Source: Camelus ferus (Eukaryota). From it: DNA of 64,000 nucleotides. The notes beneath the pieces are model-generated. The model had not been told where the DNA came from, did no database searches, and saw nothing but the letters and a program-made list of their open reading frames with translations. Below, one piece after another: positions 1 to 12,621 of the stretch. Location: the NCBI RefSeq assembly GCF_009834535.1, contig NC_045697.1:107324001-107388000 (forward strand). The letters are read 5' to 3'. Each line of letters starts with the position of its first letter. Positions within the stretch are counted from its first letter, which is position 1. The position numbers were made by a program, and so were the translations under genes.

Positions 1-269
1 CACCTATTCTCTTCCTACTCCCAATCCCATAAGCAATTATGTTAACATGTTTAATCTTTTTATATGTATTCCTTCAAAAATGTGTTTCTGTATGATTTTA
101 CTTATAATTTAAATGATGTTGGGTTAGATATATCATTCTCTTTCTTACTTTCTTCCTGCTGTTTGGTATCTATTCATATCACTCTACGCACTGATTCTAA
201 CTGCTATGTCATAATCTACTCCATGCATCCAATACATTTTACCTGTTTACTCTAATAGACACACATGTT

Positions 270-670
270 GACAATTCACTGCCATCAAAAATAATGCTTC
301 AGTGAACATTCTCATGTATATTTCCTTACAGAACTATGTGACAATTTCTTGGAACATGCACTCTCCTTAACTCCTAAGTCACTGGATATGGGTATAATTT
401 AAGTGACTAAGCAGTGCTAGATTGGTCTTGAGTTTGGATCCACTGGTGTTCATTCCAACCAATAGTACACAGGTTTAAAATAACTCTAATCCCCCCAATT
501 ATACTTGATATTATCCAACTTTATAATTCTTGATACTAATAGATATAAGGTGACATATCAATATCGTTTTAATTTAAACATCTCTAGTTATTAGTGATTT
601 AGCATTTATTTGATTATGGGGTTTCTATCCCTGTAAATAAATATTTGTTCATATCCTTTGCTAGTTTCTT
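270..670 (-). mobile_element. Old L1M 3'/ORF2-end fragment
   Basis: Antisense L1 motifs aataatgcttcagtgaacattctcatgtatatttcc and ttgttcatatcctttgct; highly diverged. Confidence 0.5.
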
Positions 671-759
671 CTAGTTTTCTATATTCACCAATGTAACAAA
701 AAAAGTTTTAATTACATATTCAGAATAAATAAATTATTTGAATATAAATCAAACCCAAA

Positions 760-2252
760 ATCAAACCAGTATATGTCTTCTAGATATGACACAGTAACAA
801 GAGCTACACTTACCAACTCACCATAAACAACTAGAAAACTGAACAAAATGTATGAAAGAAAACTGTTTTCAGGCATAGAAAAGAGGTAGGTAAAGACTGT
901 GAGCCTTGAGAAGAGGAAACAAAATGAGCCATCAGAGGACCCTAACTTTCTACCTGGAGTCAATTTCCATATCACATTTCACTGCACAGGGAGAGGGAAA
1001 CCAAAGAGAATCTGTAAGTCTCACTGAGTTGATGAGGTAGGAATTGGAAAAAGGATAGTGTGAGGTGGATAGAACCTTCAGGGTACAGTACTACAGAGGA
1101 AGGGCCTATGCAGAGAAGAAGCTCCAGAAATCTGCACTCACTGTTTGACATTAATACCAAACTGTTCATTTCTACCATAAACTCAACAAGATTTTGAAAG
1201 CTGTAAGTCAAAGAATCCCCAGAGCTGGTAGGAAGCCATAAATTGTTGAGACCCTAGTAGGTACTATGGAGATCGTCTTGCACGACCTGTTGCCTCATGT
1301 CTGAGAATCAGGGTCATTTATAGGTAACCTAGAAAAGTCAGGCCTGAATAACAAGGCTGACCTAGCCCTAGAGTAACAGCCAATCTGGATCTGACCAAAA
1401 AGACCTTTAAAACTAGCCTGAAAAAATAAAGTTAATCCACAAGTAACTTATTTGCCTCCAAAAACAGTCTAACAATCTTAAATGGAATACGACAAAATCT
1501 AGCACTGAACAAGGAATAACTCACTTTGTCTAACATCACCATGTCTAAAATCACTAGCATAAAGGTGGGTGATAGCTCAGTGGTACAGCGTACGCTTAGC
1601 ATGCATGAAATCCTGGGTTCAATCACAAGTACCTCCATTAAAAAAGAAAAAAAAGGAAAATATGACTTATAAGTAAAAGGAGAATGAGTGAGCAAAAAAC
1701 TGATCTAGAACATGACAGATTTGACAGAATTAGTAGACAAGAACATTAAAGCAACTATGAATATGCTACATATTCCCAAGGATTTAAAGGAAAACACAAA
1801 TGAGGCGGAAAATGGAAGATATTAAAAAGAGCCAAATGGAATTTAGAGATTAAAAACATATGAAATTTGAAAAAAATTTTTGAAAGTTTTAATGAATGTT
1901 AACACACTGCAAAAGAAAAGATCAATTACCTTAAAAACAGCAATCAAAGCAATCTAAAATGAAGCACAAAGAGAAACAACTAAAAAAAAAAAAAGTTAAC
2001 AGTTCTGAGGGACCTGAGGGACACTACCAAGACTAACACACGTGTAACTGGAGTCCCAGAAGGAAGGGAAGAGGGACAAGAATATGATATTTGAAAAAAT
2101 AACGACCAAAATGTTTCTAAATTTGATGAGAACTATATTATAAATCCACATGTGCAAGAACTCTAATAAAGATAAATACAAGGTAAACCACAGCAAAAAA
2201 CATAATAAAATCACTGAAAATCAGTGGGGAAAATCTTAAAAGCAGCCAGAGA
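760..2252 (+). mobile_element. Old L1M 5' region and ORF1 remnant (interrupted by a SINE)
   Basis: L1 ORF1-type motifs gagtcccagaaggaagggaagag, aataacgaccaaaatgtttctaaatttgatgag and aaaatcttaaaagcagccagaga. Confidence 0.65.
1564..1654 (+). mobile_element. tRNA-derived SINE (camelid vic-1-like, short form)
   Basis: A-box atagctcagtgg, B-box gggttcaatc, ends acctccatt plus A tail. Confidence 0.85.
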
Positions 2253-2980
2253 GCTAGAGTTTGATACAAAGATGCTACAGAGTCTAAACGCTTTAACACA
2301 ATAAATTAGAGTGTGCAATTACAGAGCACAAATGTAGATATACCTAAAACAGAACCAGATTAAGGATCAGCTGGCTAAGTAGTTGCTACAGCAGTGTTTT
2401 CTAAAGAGCTCTAAATAAGCCTAGAAATGCAACAAAAATGGAGAAAAATTTACTAGTATTCCTCTAAGGAATAAGTAATTAAAGGGTAGGAAGAAACAGT
2501 TTGATAATGTACCTGGAGTTCAACCTCAGTTGACCAGCAGCATCCATTGCAAAGGACCACAAAACTGCGTCTAAGGAGGGTGCATCCAATTAACTGCAGA
2601 GTTTTTGTTCACTGAGTGGGTTATTCAAGTTTAAGGGCCACAGCAAAACTACTCAGACTGATACAGAAGCTAGGTGCTGCTACCCAACATTTTTATTTCT
2701 CTGTCCTCATCCTTTTCCCCCCAAATGTTGAATGTATATTTAAAACATAACCATTTGAAGAAGGACCAAATTATCCACCTGCCTGGAACACCAAGCTCTC
2801 CTGGTCCACAGTTGTGTCAAGTCGTAACAAAAGCAGCTGTATACGTCTAAATACGATTCTAATTGATCTCTTCCCCTCAATTTGACATTTATCCCCTCTG
2901 CAACAATACCAACTGCTTAAAAGCCACTAATATGTTGGGGGGGGGGGTTCTTTCAAATACCAAAGAGTATTTAAGTTTAC

Positions 2981-3081
2981 CCATTGTCCTTTATCTCCTT
3001 GAAGTTTACTGAAGAACAGCTTTAGTTCTCGAACTGTCAAATTGTAGCTAGCCAGCACTCCCAACATGTCAACTAAAAGAT
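2981..3081 (-). CDS. LRBA: LRBA coding exon (101 bp, probably exon 4)
   Basis: Acceptor tttgtttccag| (AG at 3083-3082), donor TGG|gtaaac (GT at 2980-2979). Continues the previous exon in frame (G+AT=D): DLLVDMLGVLASYNLTVRELKLFFSKLQGDKGQW. The intervening intron 3082-3305 is 224 bp. Too short to appear in the ORF track. Confidence 0.96.
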
Positions 3082-3305
3082 CTGGAAACAAAGAAAATAC
3101 AAAAATTAAGCTACTTGTATTTCTTGAAAAATTAAAATATACTAATACACTGTGGTTACTTAAGAGTTTGGAAACTAAAGTTCCAGATACATGTTAAATG
3201 CTCAAATACTTCTTAAATAAATATTACTATATAAAATAAGAAAAATAGAGTACTTAAGAATCAAACTTCATTTCTTCACATCCATCATAGTATAGAAAGT
3301 CATAC

Positions 3306-3537
3306 CTGCTATAATATTGTCAACTTTTTCAATTTTCCCAAGCACTTTTTCAACAAGGCCTACTTCAGTGCAGACTTGAAGATTTCGTATACTCTTCTTC
3401 AGAATGGCTGTAAACATGCTCCAGACTTCTGCTTGGCAAGTAACGTCACATTTTTCAAGGAGGTCCACCATGCAGATGATACTCTCACCTTCTTGAATAA
3501 TGAAATTCATTTCTAAATCAAACTGCCCTCCTACCAA
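3306..3537 (-). CDS. LRBA: LRBA coding exon (232 bp, probably exon 3; N-terminal region)
   Basis: Translates as LVGGQFDLEMNFIIQEGESIICMVDLLEKCDVTCQAEVWSMFTAILKKSIRNLQVCTEVGLVEKVLGKIEKVDNIIA. This matches recalled LRBA rather than the paralogue NBEA (GEFD..QDAES). Acceptor ttttcccccctccttggaag| (AG at 3539-3538), donor GCAG|gtatg (GT at 3305-3304). Phase 0 in, phase 1 out. The exon number is from recollection of the human gene. Confidence 0.97.
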
Positions 3538-4353
3538 CTTCCAAGGAGGGGGGAAAAGAAACATTAAAAGTATTAGTACATATTCAGTATAACTAGAGTA
3601 TACTGCTAAGCTTCAGATTGGCAGTAACCACCCATATACATTCTTCTCTACCCCTACAACAATAAAAAGATCTTACACACATACACACACACACACAGCT
3701 CTAAAAAATAAAGCTTCTAAAGAAATACTCAAGTTAAGATAGCACAAAGTCAGGCAAGACTTAGAATATAAAAATGGAGATATTTTTCAACAAAAACAAA
3801 TACAGGATGTCATAGGGAAATCACTATCTACTGCCCTGATACTAATAAAGGTCTAATTTAGCTCCATAATTGCTTCTAATTCAATATTTCATCTATGAAT
3901 TAGGAAGTCTGTGAGCTACTCACAGCAACCTAAAGGTCCTTTGCACACTCTACAAGGTATGGGCTCACAGCAAAAATGAAAAGCTGAAAAAGGCTCAGAG
4001 TAAACATAAAACTGACAGTTTTTATTTGTCAAGTTCTTGGTTTATTACACCTATCCATTTTGATCCCCTTGGTCAATAATCAGCATACCTTAAATCTAAC
4101 TTAAACTTAGTCACACACTCAAAGTCAGGAACCAAGAAAACTTAATTCACTGATACTATCAGAAAATCCATCCAGAGAAAGCTATACTGACCTATTCCTA
4201 TCTTGCCAACTCACACACAGCTTCCCACAGAGGGCAAGTGCTATTAATTTTAACAAACTCCAATGGTTTAAAGTAAAACACTTTTAGAATTGCCTTTGCA
4301 GGTCTATCTTTTTGAACTGGTATTTTTAAAGGCAGACAATTTTACTTCACTAG

Positions 4354-4450
4354 TTTTATTTATTTATTTTATTTTTAGAGGAGGTACTGGGGACTGAACC
4401 CAGGACTTCGTGCATGCTAAGCAGGTGCTCTTGAGCTATAACCTCCCTCC
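4354..4450 (-). mobile_element. tRNA-derived SINE (vic-1-like)
   Basis: Reverse complement of the SINE body (gaggaggtactggggactgaacccagg...tgcatgctaagc...tgagctata) with a (TTTA)n tail. Confidence 0.85.
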
Positions 4451-5107
4451 GAATTGATTTTTTTTAAAGATCTCTGTCAGAAAGTTACATGCATGATTCA
4501 CCTACCCTCCTGTCCTTCTGAATATGTCTTTGTTCAGTATGCTTTCTTAAACCCAAAAGGTAGGCCAGAATTGGAAAAAGTGAACTTTACAAACAAAATC
4601 CAACAGCTCATAACATAACAGACATGAACAAATAGTTTACTCTAGAAAAAGCAAAGACAGTTCAGAATTAGGAAATCAATTAAAAGTCCTTGCAGCCAGG
4701 GATCAATATGCACCCCAGGTTCTGTTAAAGACACACACTGGCATGCAAAAGAAGGAATGGAAAAATGAACAAGGGGAGGCAGTGTCTGCATGCAGGGAAC
4801 TAAGAGCACCTGGCAAGCACAGTGGTAAAGGCTTTGGGTTCTTCTAGGAAAGCTCTGGCAGAGATTTTAGTGTACAACTCTTTGCATCATCAGTAACACG
4901 CAGCATAGGGAGCTGACAGCTGGTTTCTGCTAAAAGAGTCCCTTGGCGTGACCAGGCTGATCCTCCTGGCTACACGGTCCTGGCTGTGAAGTATGTGTGC
5001 CTGGTTCCCAAAGCGCACCTCAAAATTCTATAAACTACGTAAGAATTCTAGAAACTTGTTTTTTTGCTTTTGTGGCCATTTGTGACTACTATTCGCTTGT
5101 TTTGTCT

Positions 5108-5640
5108 TTAACTTTTTATTCTGAAATAATTTCAGGCATTTTAAAAAATGCAAAATAGTACAGAGTTCCTGTGTACCTTTACTCAGCTTTCCCTAATATG
5201 AATATATTACATACTCACAGTACAATCATTAAAACCAGGTACAAATACTACAGATCTTACTCAAATATTGCCATTTATCATACTAACGCCATTTTTCAGA
5301 TCCAGGATCAACATCCCCTTAGTGTCTTCTCCAAACTGAGACAGTCGCACACACATTCTTTGACTTTCATGATTTGGACATTTTTTGAAGTGTATTTGCC
5401 AGTTATTTTACAGACTGTCTTCCATTCTGAATGTATATGTCTAAATTCAAATTAAGCATTTTTGGCAAAAATATCACACAAGTGATGTGTGCCCTTCTCA
5501 GGGTATTTCTGATGGTAACTGATGCCAGTTATGTCTCACTACTGATAAAGCTAGTAGCTTTGATCACATGCTTAAGGAGGCATCTGTCATATTTTTTCCA
5601 TTTTAAAGATACTGTCTTTCATTTTTAAATTATTAATTAT
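5108..5640 (-). mobile_element. L1MC-type 3' end
   Basis: actttttattctgaaataatttcag...aaaatagtacagagttcctgtgtacctttactcagctttccc, typical of antisense L1MC 3' ends. Confidence 0.65.
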
Positions 5641-7744
5641 TAAGCCACATTTAGTCAAAAGGCAGCAACATGTATAAATATTAGGAGAGAGGACTTACAC
5701 TCCAATTATTTTCAGATGATACGATATATATCTGGAAAACTGAAAAATTACTATAAATGAGAAAAGTATTTGGTAATGGAACTACTGAATAGTTAACAAC
5801 ATGAATCAGTCTCAAAAGAATTATGCTAAATAGAAGCCAGACACAAATGGCTACCTTAACGACCACTAAAAATGTATTCCACAGACACGTTTTGGTAATG
5901 ATGTTACATAGAAGAACTGCACTTTAGCATTTCTACTGGAACGCAGAAAAAACAATACCCCCCCAAAAAAAGCTATAATCTAAAGTCAGTAAAGTTATTT
6001 AATTCTATAATAGAATACGACACATTGAAAAGAATGAGGCAACTCCATCTGACATAAAAAAAGATCTCTGAAATATATTGTTTAAGTGAGAAAAATCGAA
6101 GTGGAAAAAAGCATGAACAGTAGGTTACAATTTGAGTGTAAAACATATACATATAGATATATATCTAAGAATGCTACACCAGAAACTAAATTGTGATTAC
6201 CTCTGAAAAGGCAACTGAGCATCTGGGGAAAGAGGACAAGGGCAGGGTTTTTAGTATATATACACTTTGGGGCATCCTTCACACAGATCTAAATAGGTCA
6301 AAGACCTAGTTGCAACTAACTTAAGAGACCTTACCTTCACCTTAATACCACTTACATCAATGTTTCATTTTGATCTGTGTTTATTACCATCAGTAACCAC
6401 CCTCCCAAGAAGCTATAGAATTAATTTTTCAAAGTAATTTCCAAAAAACCTCCAAATATTTCACCAGCTTTTAAATTGAGTTTATACTGTGAGAGCAGTA
6501 TCCAGACAGGTGTTTTAAATATTTCTCCATTGCTTTAAATATCATAAAATATGGCTTTCAAGGAGAAAATTGATGGCAGAAATTGGTACATACAAATATG
6601 TGGCATATTTGATATACTATATGTATGCATATCTATTATACCTAAAAAGCATGCACAGGGTCTACAGTATGTCATGTTAACCCTTTCTAATAGTTATTTG
6701 AATTTGATCAACCTTCAAAACACAAATTTGTTTCCAATGACAGGGATCATAATCCAGGTCCAGGCATTGGCTAGTTATTATCTGAGCTGTAGTAATGGCT
6801 GTGCACTACAAAATGTAATCTTCCCGAATGTCACAGTAAGTTATGAATATCTGAGCAGCCTAATGCACTTTACTAGCCATGAAATGTGAAAATGTAATCT
6901 TATTACCTTTTTTATGGTTGTATTTTTTTTGAATAATGTAGGCTGGAAACTGATGTATAGTCTCTTTCTGCATTTTAGCATGATTTGGTCTCCTTTGCGA
7001 TATAGAACATTTTTCAAAACTCTCCACTTCAACATATTTTAGTCTTGGCCTGAACTTCATAAACAATTTTTATAGCCACCTTCAGGGTGGCAAAACATGC
7101 TTTCTATAGGTTATAGTTTAATGTACAAGATTATAGAAATTTTAAAGCCTATTACTCAAAGAATCTAAATAAACCTTCAGAAGTTTTGTATAGGGACTGT
7201 AATTGGGCACAATGAGTATTTTCTTCACAATGATTATATTAATAAAAGGCTTTAAGCTGAAATTAGTCACTAAGCCTAAGTCACCTGTATTTTCAAAAAG
7301 CCAAAAAACAAATTCAGATCAGAAATAATTATCTTCTCTTCAAAAGGTTTATAAAACTGGAAAGACTCCTATACACAGAAAATTCTAATACTTCAAAGGA
7401 AAGCTATGTTTTCCCTGGAAACTTGCTAAATTTTTCCTCAGAGATGTAGCAGGAGCACTGGACAGAGCATAATCACAGCTTACGCCTCTAACTAGGTAGT
7501 TTCTGCTTCTTGTGACAAATCAGCTTTTTTCTTTGGATCTGTCTATTCATTTATAAAATGAACTAAATAGTTAGCTTTATTTATTTACATCTTGAAAAAT
7601 GTATTGACTTTTTAAAAATTCCAATCTCAAGGAATCCAATTTATCCCTAAGAACCCATTCTTGCATGAATGTGACCCTATACCTGTTTACAGTCACTTGA
7701 AACTTATTAATAGGGAGAAACTGAAGAAAAATTACATTCTGACG

Positions 7745-8732
7745 CAAACTGCAATGTGTCTCAATTTACATTTTCTTCTTCCATAGTAACAGTTACTAGT
7801 TTGGTACCTGGGGCCCAGGTGAAGTATCTCACTTCCCAGCTTTCCTGAAGTTATAGCCATGTGACCACGTTCTGACCAAGGACAGGTAGTAATATATACA
7901 ACCCTGCACATTACTCTTAAAAGGAGCTAACTTTTTTAAATTGAAGTATAGCTGATTTACAATGTTGTATTAGTTTCGGGTGTATAGCAAAATGATTCAA
8001 TTATACATATATACATTCTTTTCCATTATAGGTTATTACAAGATATTGAATATAGTTCCCTGTGCTATACAGCAGGTCCTTGTTGTTTATCTATTTTATA
8101 TATAGTAATACGTACATGTTAATCCCAAACTCCCAATTTATCCCTTCCCTCAACCCCTTTCCCCTTTGGTAACCAAAGTTTGTTTTTTAAGTCTATGAGT
8201 CCTATTTCTGGTTTGTAAGTAAGTTCATTTGGGTCTTTTTTTTTTTTTAGATTTCACATATAAGAGATATATGCTATCTGTCTTTCTCTGTCTGACTTAC
8301 TTTACTTAATATGATCATCTCTAGGTCTATCCATGTTGCTACAAATGGCATTATTTCATCCTTTTATATGGCTGAGTAATATTGCATTGTGTGTGTGTGT
8401 GTGTGTACACACTAATATATATATTAATACACACACATCTTAAAAGGAAGAAACAATTTCTCTTTACAACTTTCCTCCTTCCTGTTACATAAGATACTGA
8501 AATGATGGCAAGAGCTAGGGTAGTCACCTTGGAATGTCTACTGTAAGTCTTATGTTGAGGGTAACAAAGCAAAAAAATGGCCCTGACAATTATAGAACTG
8601 CATCAGTAGCCCTAGACCATTTAACTACCCAAATTTTCACCTGAAGGACAAATACACTTCTACATCATTTAAGCCACTGTTTTGGGGGGCATCTCTGTCA
8701 TATCAGCCTAAAACCTATATTCTGACTAATAT
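7745..8732 (+). mobile_element. Old MaLR (MLT1-type) LTR split by an L1 insertion
   Basis: cacttcccagc...gccatgtgaccacgttctgacca on the left; tttaagccactgttttgggggg...ctgactaatata on the right. Confidence 0.55.
7926..8437 (-). mobile_element. 5'-truncated cetartiodactyl L1 3' end, sense to LRBA
   Basis: ttgaagtatagctgatttacaatgttg...gaatatagttccctgtgctatacag. Direct repeat tcttaaaagga at 7915-7925 and 8438-8448. (TG)n at about 8388-8406. Confidence 0.85.
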
Positions 8733-8996
8733 ATATGCTATTGCTATTAGCTGCACTTTCTCAGAAATTGACAAAATATATATTTATCACCATCTCATAT
8801 GACATATCCCCATCCCCACCTCTTACACTATAGCAGGTGTTAACTCACTAAGTGTATTTCGAGCTACATTTAAGAGATGGTAGTATGCCCTGATAAGTTT
8901 AGAAACAGAAACTACACAGCAGCCTAACCTCTCTGATTGCATTCTTACTAGAAAGCTTAACACTTGCTCTGCGCTGCCAGTATGTCAGATGCCCCT

Positions 8997-9454
8997 TGTT
9001 ATAGGTTGAACTGCATCTCTTCCCAAAATTCTTACTTTTAAGTCCTAACCCCCAGTGCCTCAGAATGTGAGCTTATTTGGAAACAAGGTTGTTTCAGATG
9101 TAATTAGCTAAGATGAGGTCATTAGGGTGGGCCCTAATCCAATATGACTGGTGTCCCAAAAAAAGGGAAAATCTGGACAAAGAGACACGCACATAGAGAG
9201 AACACCATATGGAGATGAAGAGAGAGATTGGGGTGATGCTTCCAAAACCTAAGGAATACCAAAGAATGCCAGAAAACCACCAGAACAAGGAAAGAGGCAT
9301 GAAAATATTCTCTCTCACAGTGCTCAGAAAGAATCAATCCTGCCCAAATGTTTATCTTGGACTTCCAGCCAAGAGAACTTTAAGGCAATAAATTTGTTGT
9401 CTAAGCCATTCAATTTTGGGTACTGTGTTACAGCAGTACAAGCAAACTGATGCA
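8997..9454 (+). mobile_element. MaLR solo LTR (MLT1B/C-like)
   Basis: TG...CA termini; gtcctaacccccagtgcctcagaatgtgagcttatttggaaa, agggtgggccctaatccaatatgactggtgtcc, aataaatttgttgtctaagcca. Confidence 0.9.
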
Positions 9455-10716
9455 CCTTTATATTCTCCAGGGTTCATTTCTGATGTTGCCTACTAAATAT
9501 CCCAGTGAGGACTGATAGAAACTCTAAAAAAAAAAAAAAGCCAGATCATGATCTAAGAGACCCTGTTCAGCTTATCTTATCTTCTCCCAGAAACTTCATT
9601 TAATAGAGACAGCACTGTGCTTTCCTCACAGAAAGAGGTTTGTAACTGGCACTCAGGTTTTCAAAAATAAACAGTATATTGTTGAAAGATACATACATAG
9701 GTGATAAACATTTTTTAAAAAAACAAAGGAATGGCTCACACCGAAGTTAGGATATGGATAATTGTCCCGGTGGGGATAAAAAGATTCCAAGCTATTAACA
9801 CTGTTCTATCACTAATCTGGTGTTGGGTATATGTAATATTTCAGTACATTTATATATTTTACACATGTATCTTTGGTATGTTTGCTACACTTCATGCTAT
9901 AAAAATTTAAGTGGTTCCATGATGAAGCTATTTCTACAGCAGCTAGAAGAGACATAAATTCAATCTAGAACGGCACAGGCTACACAATACTCTTAGAAAA
10001 AGCCACATTCTCTCAGATAAAATAAACTCACAAACCAAAATCAAAAACAAACATGTGAGAACACAATACAGCATAAGGAAAAGTCAGCAGATTTACTCAT
10101 AACATTACATGCTTACGAACTTAAAATTGTATATTTATCAAATGTATGCAATTATAAATAATTATAAAATTACAATATACTATTATAATGAGACTTTCAC
10201 ATCATGAAGACATACAAGAAAATAAGGGAAAAAAGACATTTAAACATTATGAAGGAAAAGGGGGAAGATTACTCAGCATATTTGAAAGGATAACAATAAA
10301 CAACTTTCAAAATAAGAAGTCACTGAAATTAAAAATTCAACAGGTTAGAAAACAGGTTATAAAGAGTTGAATAAAGAATTTGGGAAGTAAAAGAGCTAAG
10401 GAATGTCCCAGAAGGCAGGAAAGACAGACAAGGAAACAGAAAATACGAAAGAGAGGCTGAGACACATAGAGGGGAATATGAGAGGGACAAACACATGTTT
10501 AATAGAAAGGTCCAAGAGTAAACGTTGAAAAGCAGGAAAGATGGTATATCCAGCTATAATAACTAAGACCTTTATAGTAATCAACAATAATGCAAATCCT
10601 CAGAATTAGAACACAAAAAGCCCCAATTCTTACACAAAATTTAACACTACAGATACTACAGTAATATAACCAGACTTATTTTGGTAATGTCAGGTCTACT
10701 TTCGGATCAAAAATCT

Positions 10717-11236
10717 CCTGTATATGCACACCAATGTTCACAGCAGCACTATACACAATAGCCAAGACACAAAAGCAAACTAACTGTCCATCAGCAGACG
10801 ACTGGATAAAGAAATTGTATATTTATACAATAGAATACTATTCAGCCATAAAAAAGAATAAAACAATGCCATTTGCAGCAACATGGATGGACTTAGAGAT
10901 CATCATTCTAAGTTAAGTAAGCCAGGAAGAGAAAGAAAAATACCATATGCTATCACTCATGTGGAATCTAAAAAAAAGAAGAGAAAAAGGACAGTATTGA
11001 ATGCATCTACAAAACAGAAACAGACTCCCAGACATAGTAAGCAATCTTACGGTTACTGGGTAAAGGGGTGAGAAGGGATAAATTTGGGAGTTTGAAATTT
11101 ACATATAAATTTATATATATATATATAAATAGATTTTTTTTAAAGTTTCTTCTGTATGGCACAAGGAGCTATGTTCAGTATCTTGTAATAACCTTTGATG
11201 AAAAATATGAAAATGAATATATGTATGTATATGTAT
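10717..11236 (+). mobile_element. Lineage-specific L1 ORF2 C-terminus plus partial 3'UTR
   Basis: ORF 10734-10916 (MFTAALYTIAKTQKQTNCPSADDWIKK...) is the L1 ORF2 C-terminus. The 3'UTR stops at atgtatgtatatgtat with no tail. Confidence 0.9.
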
Positions 11237-11529
11237 TATGTTACCAATATTCAAATGTTTCTGACTATAAGACAGCAATTTCATATGATTTAATCTAATA
11301 TTTTAATCATATCTGTTCATATTAAATTTTAATCACTTATTCAATTATTTCCTATCAATCTTTTCTACTCAAATAGCAGAAATAATGATCACTGAAAATA
11401 GGAACCAGTTCAAAAAATTGTTTTTTATCCTTTTTAATCTTAGCACTGTACTTGACATGTAATGGATCCATAGGATATATACCACTAAGTTTAAGTATTA
11501 CTCATTATTTTCATAATTTAAAAATTAAG

Positions 11530-11720
11530 AACAAGATTATACTATATAGCACAGGGAAATATATACAAGATCTTATGGTAGCTCACGGAGAAAAAACTGT
11601 GACAATGAATATATATATACGTTCACGTATGACTGAAAAACTGTGCTCTACACTGGAATTTGACACAATATAGTAAAATGATTGTAAGTCAATAAAAAAT
11701 GTTTCAAAAATAAAAATAAA
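11530..11720 (+). mobile_element. Short L1 3' tail insertion (same 3'UTR type as 24490-24678)
   Basis: acaagattatactatatagcacagggaaatatatacaagatc...ctggaatttgacac...aataaa plus A tail. TSD taaaaattaag at 11519-11529 and 11721-11731. Confidence 0.9.
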
Positions 11721-11884
11721 TAAAAATTAAGGAAATAGATTTGAGTTCTTACTATATCCCAGTGCAATAACCAGGAAACCTGAACTCCTACTTCTAGTAT
11801 CTTAATCTCTCTCCAGAAGATAACGTAGGCACTAAACTCTCAACACTATAATAATGAAGTATTAAGATTCCTGCTCAACCCATT

Positions 11885-12400
11885 TCATGAAAGCATTTGC
11901 CCACATAAAGATCTGTACGTGAATGTTTACAGCACCTTTGTTCATAATCACCAAAAATTGGAAACAATTCAAATGTCATCAGCTAGTAAATGGACAAGCA
12001 AGTTGTACAACCATACCACAGAACACTAATTAGCATAATAAGGAGCAAATTACTGATACCATTAACAATATCAATCAATCTCAAAAACATTATGCTAAGT
12101 CAAAGAAACCAGACACAAAAGCTGCATATTATATGATTCCATCTATATGACATTCAGGAAAAGGTAAAATCATATGGAAAGAAGTTAGAGCAATGGTTGA
12201 GGGGCTGAGGATGGAGGGACAGAATTAACCACAAATAAAACATGAAGGGACTTTTGAAGGTGATAAAAGTTTCAACATCTTAATTATAGTATCAAATATA
12301 CAAGTGTATCCATCTGTCAAATTTCATAAAACTGTACACCTAAAAAGTGAATTTTACTGTATATCTTAGTAAACCTAAGGTTTAAAGTAAAGTTTTTAAA
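11885..12400 (+). mobile_element. Old L1MB/ME-type 3' end
   Basis: gttcataatcaccaaaaattggaaacaattcaaatgtc; aaaacattatgctaagtcaaagaaaccagacacaaaa. Confidence 0.8.
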
Positions 12401-12495
12401 AAGCAAGCTCAATTTATTTATATCAAAGGCAAGGGAAAGTAAAATCCACTGACTAAAGGTAACAATGTAGAATTCAGAGGCAGAAGACATGGAAC

Positions 12496-12621
12496 ACAAG
12501 GAAATTAGCAGAGACAAACAGAAAATTTTAATCCTTAGCATTTTGTAAAGTATACTACAAGGAAATTAGCAGCAGCGAACAGAAAATTTTAATCCTTAGC
12601 ATTTTGTAATGTATGCTACAA
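12496..12621. repeat. 61-bp tandem duplication (2 copies)
   Basis: acaaggaaattagcag...aacagaaaattttaatccttagcattttgtaa... starts at 12496 and again at 12557, with a few mismatches. Confidence 0.95.

Noticed and set aside
2937..2947. G11 run near the LRBA donor as a G-quadruplex or splicing element
   Set aside because: A single homopolymer that reads as C11 in the transcript; no evidence of function.
3268..3564. 98-aa ORF as a standalone gene
   Set aside because: It is the LRBA exon plus intronic read-through at both ends; splice sites define 3306-3537.
12496..12621. CRISPR-like or other prokaryotic repeat array
   Set aside because: Two adjacent copies without spacers in clearly mammalian DNA.
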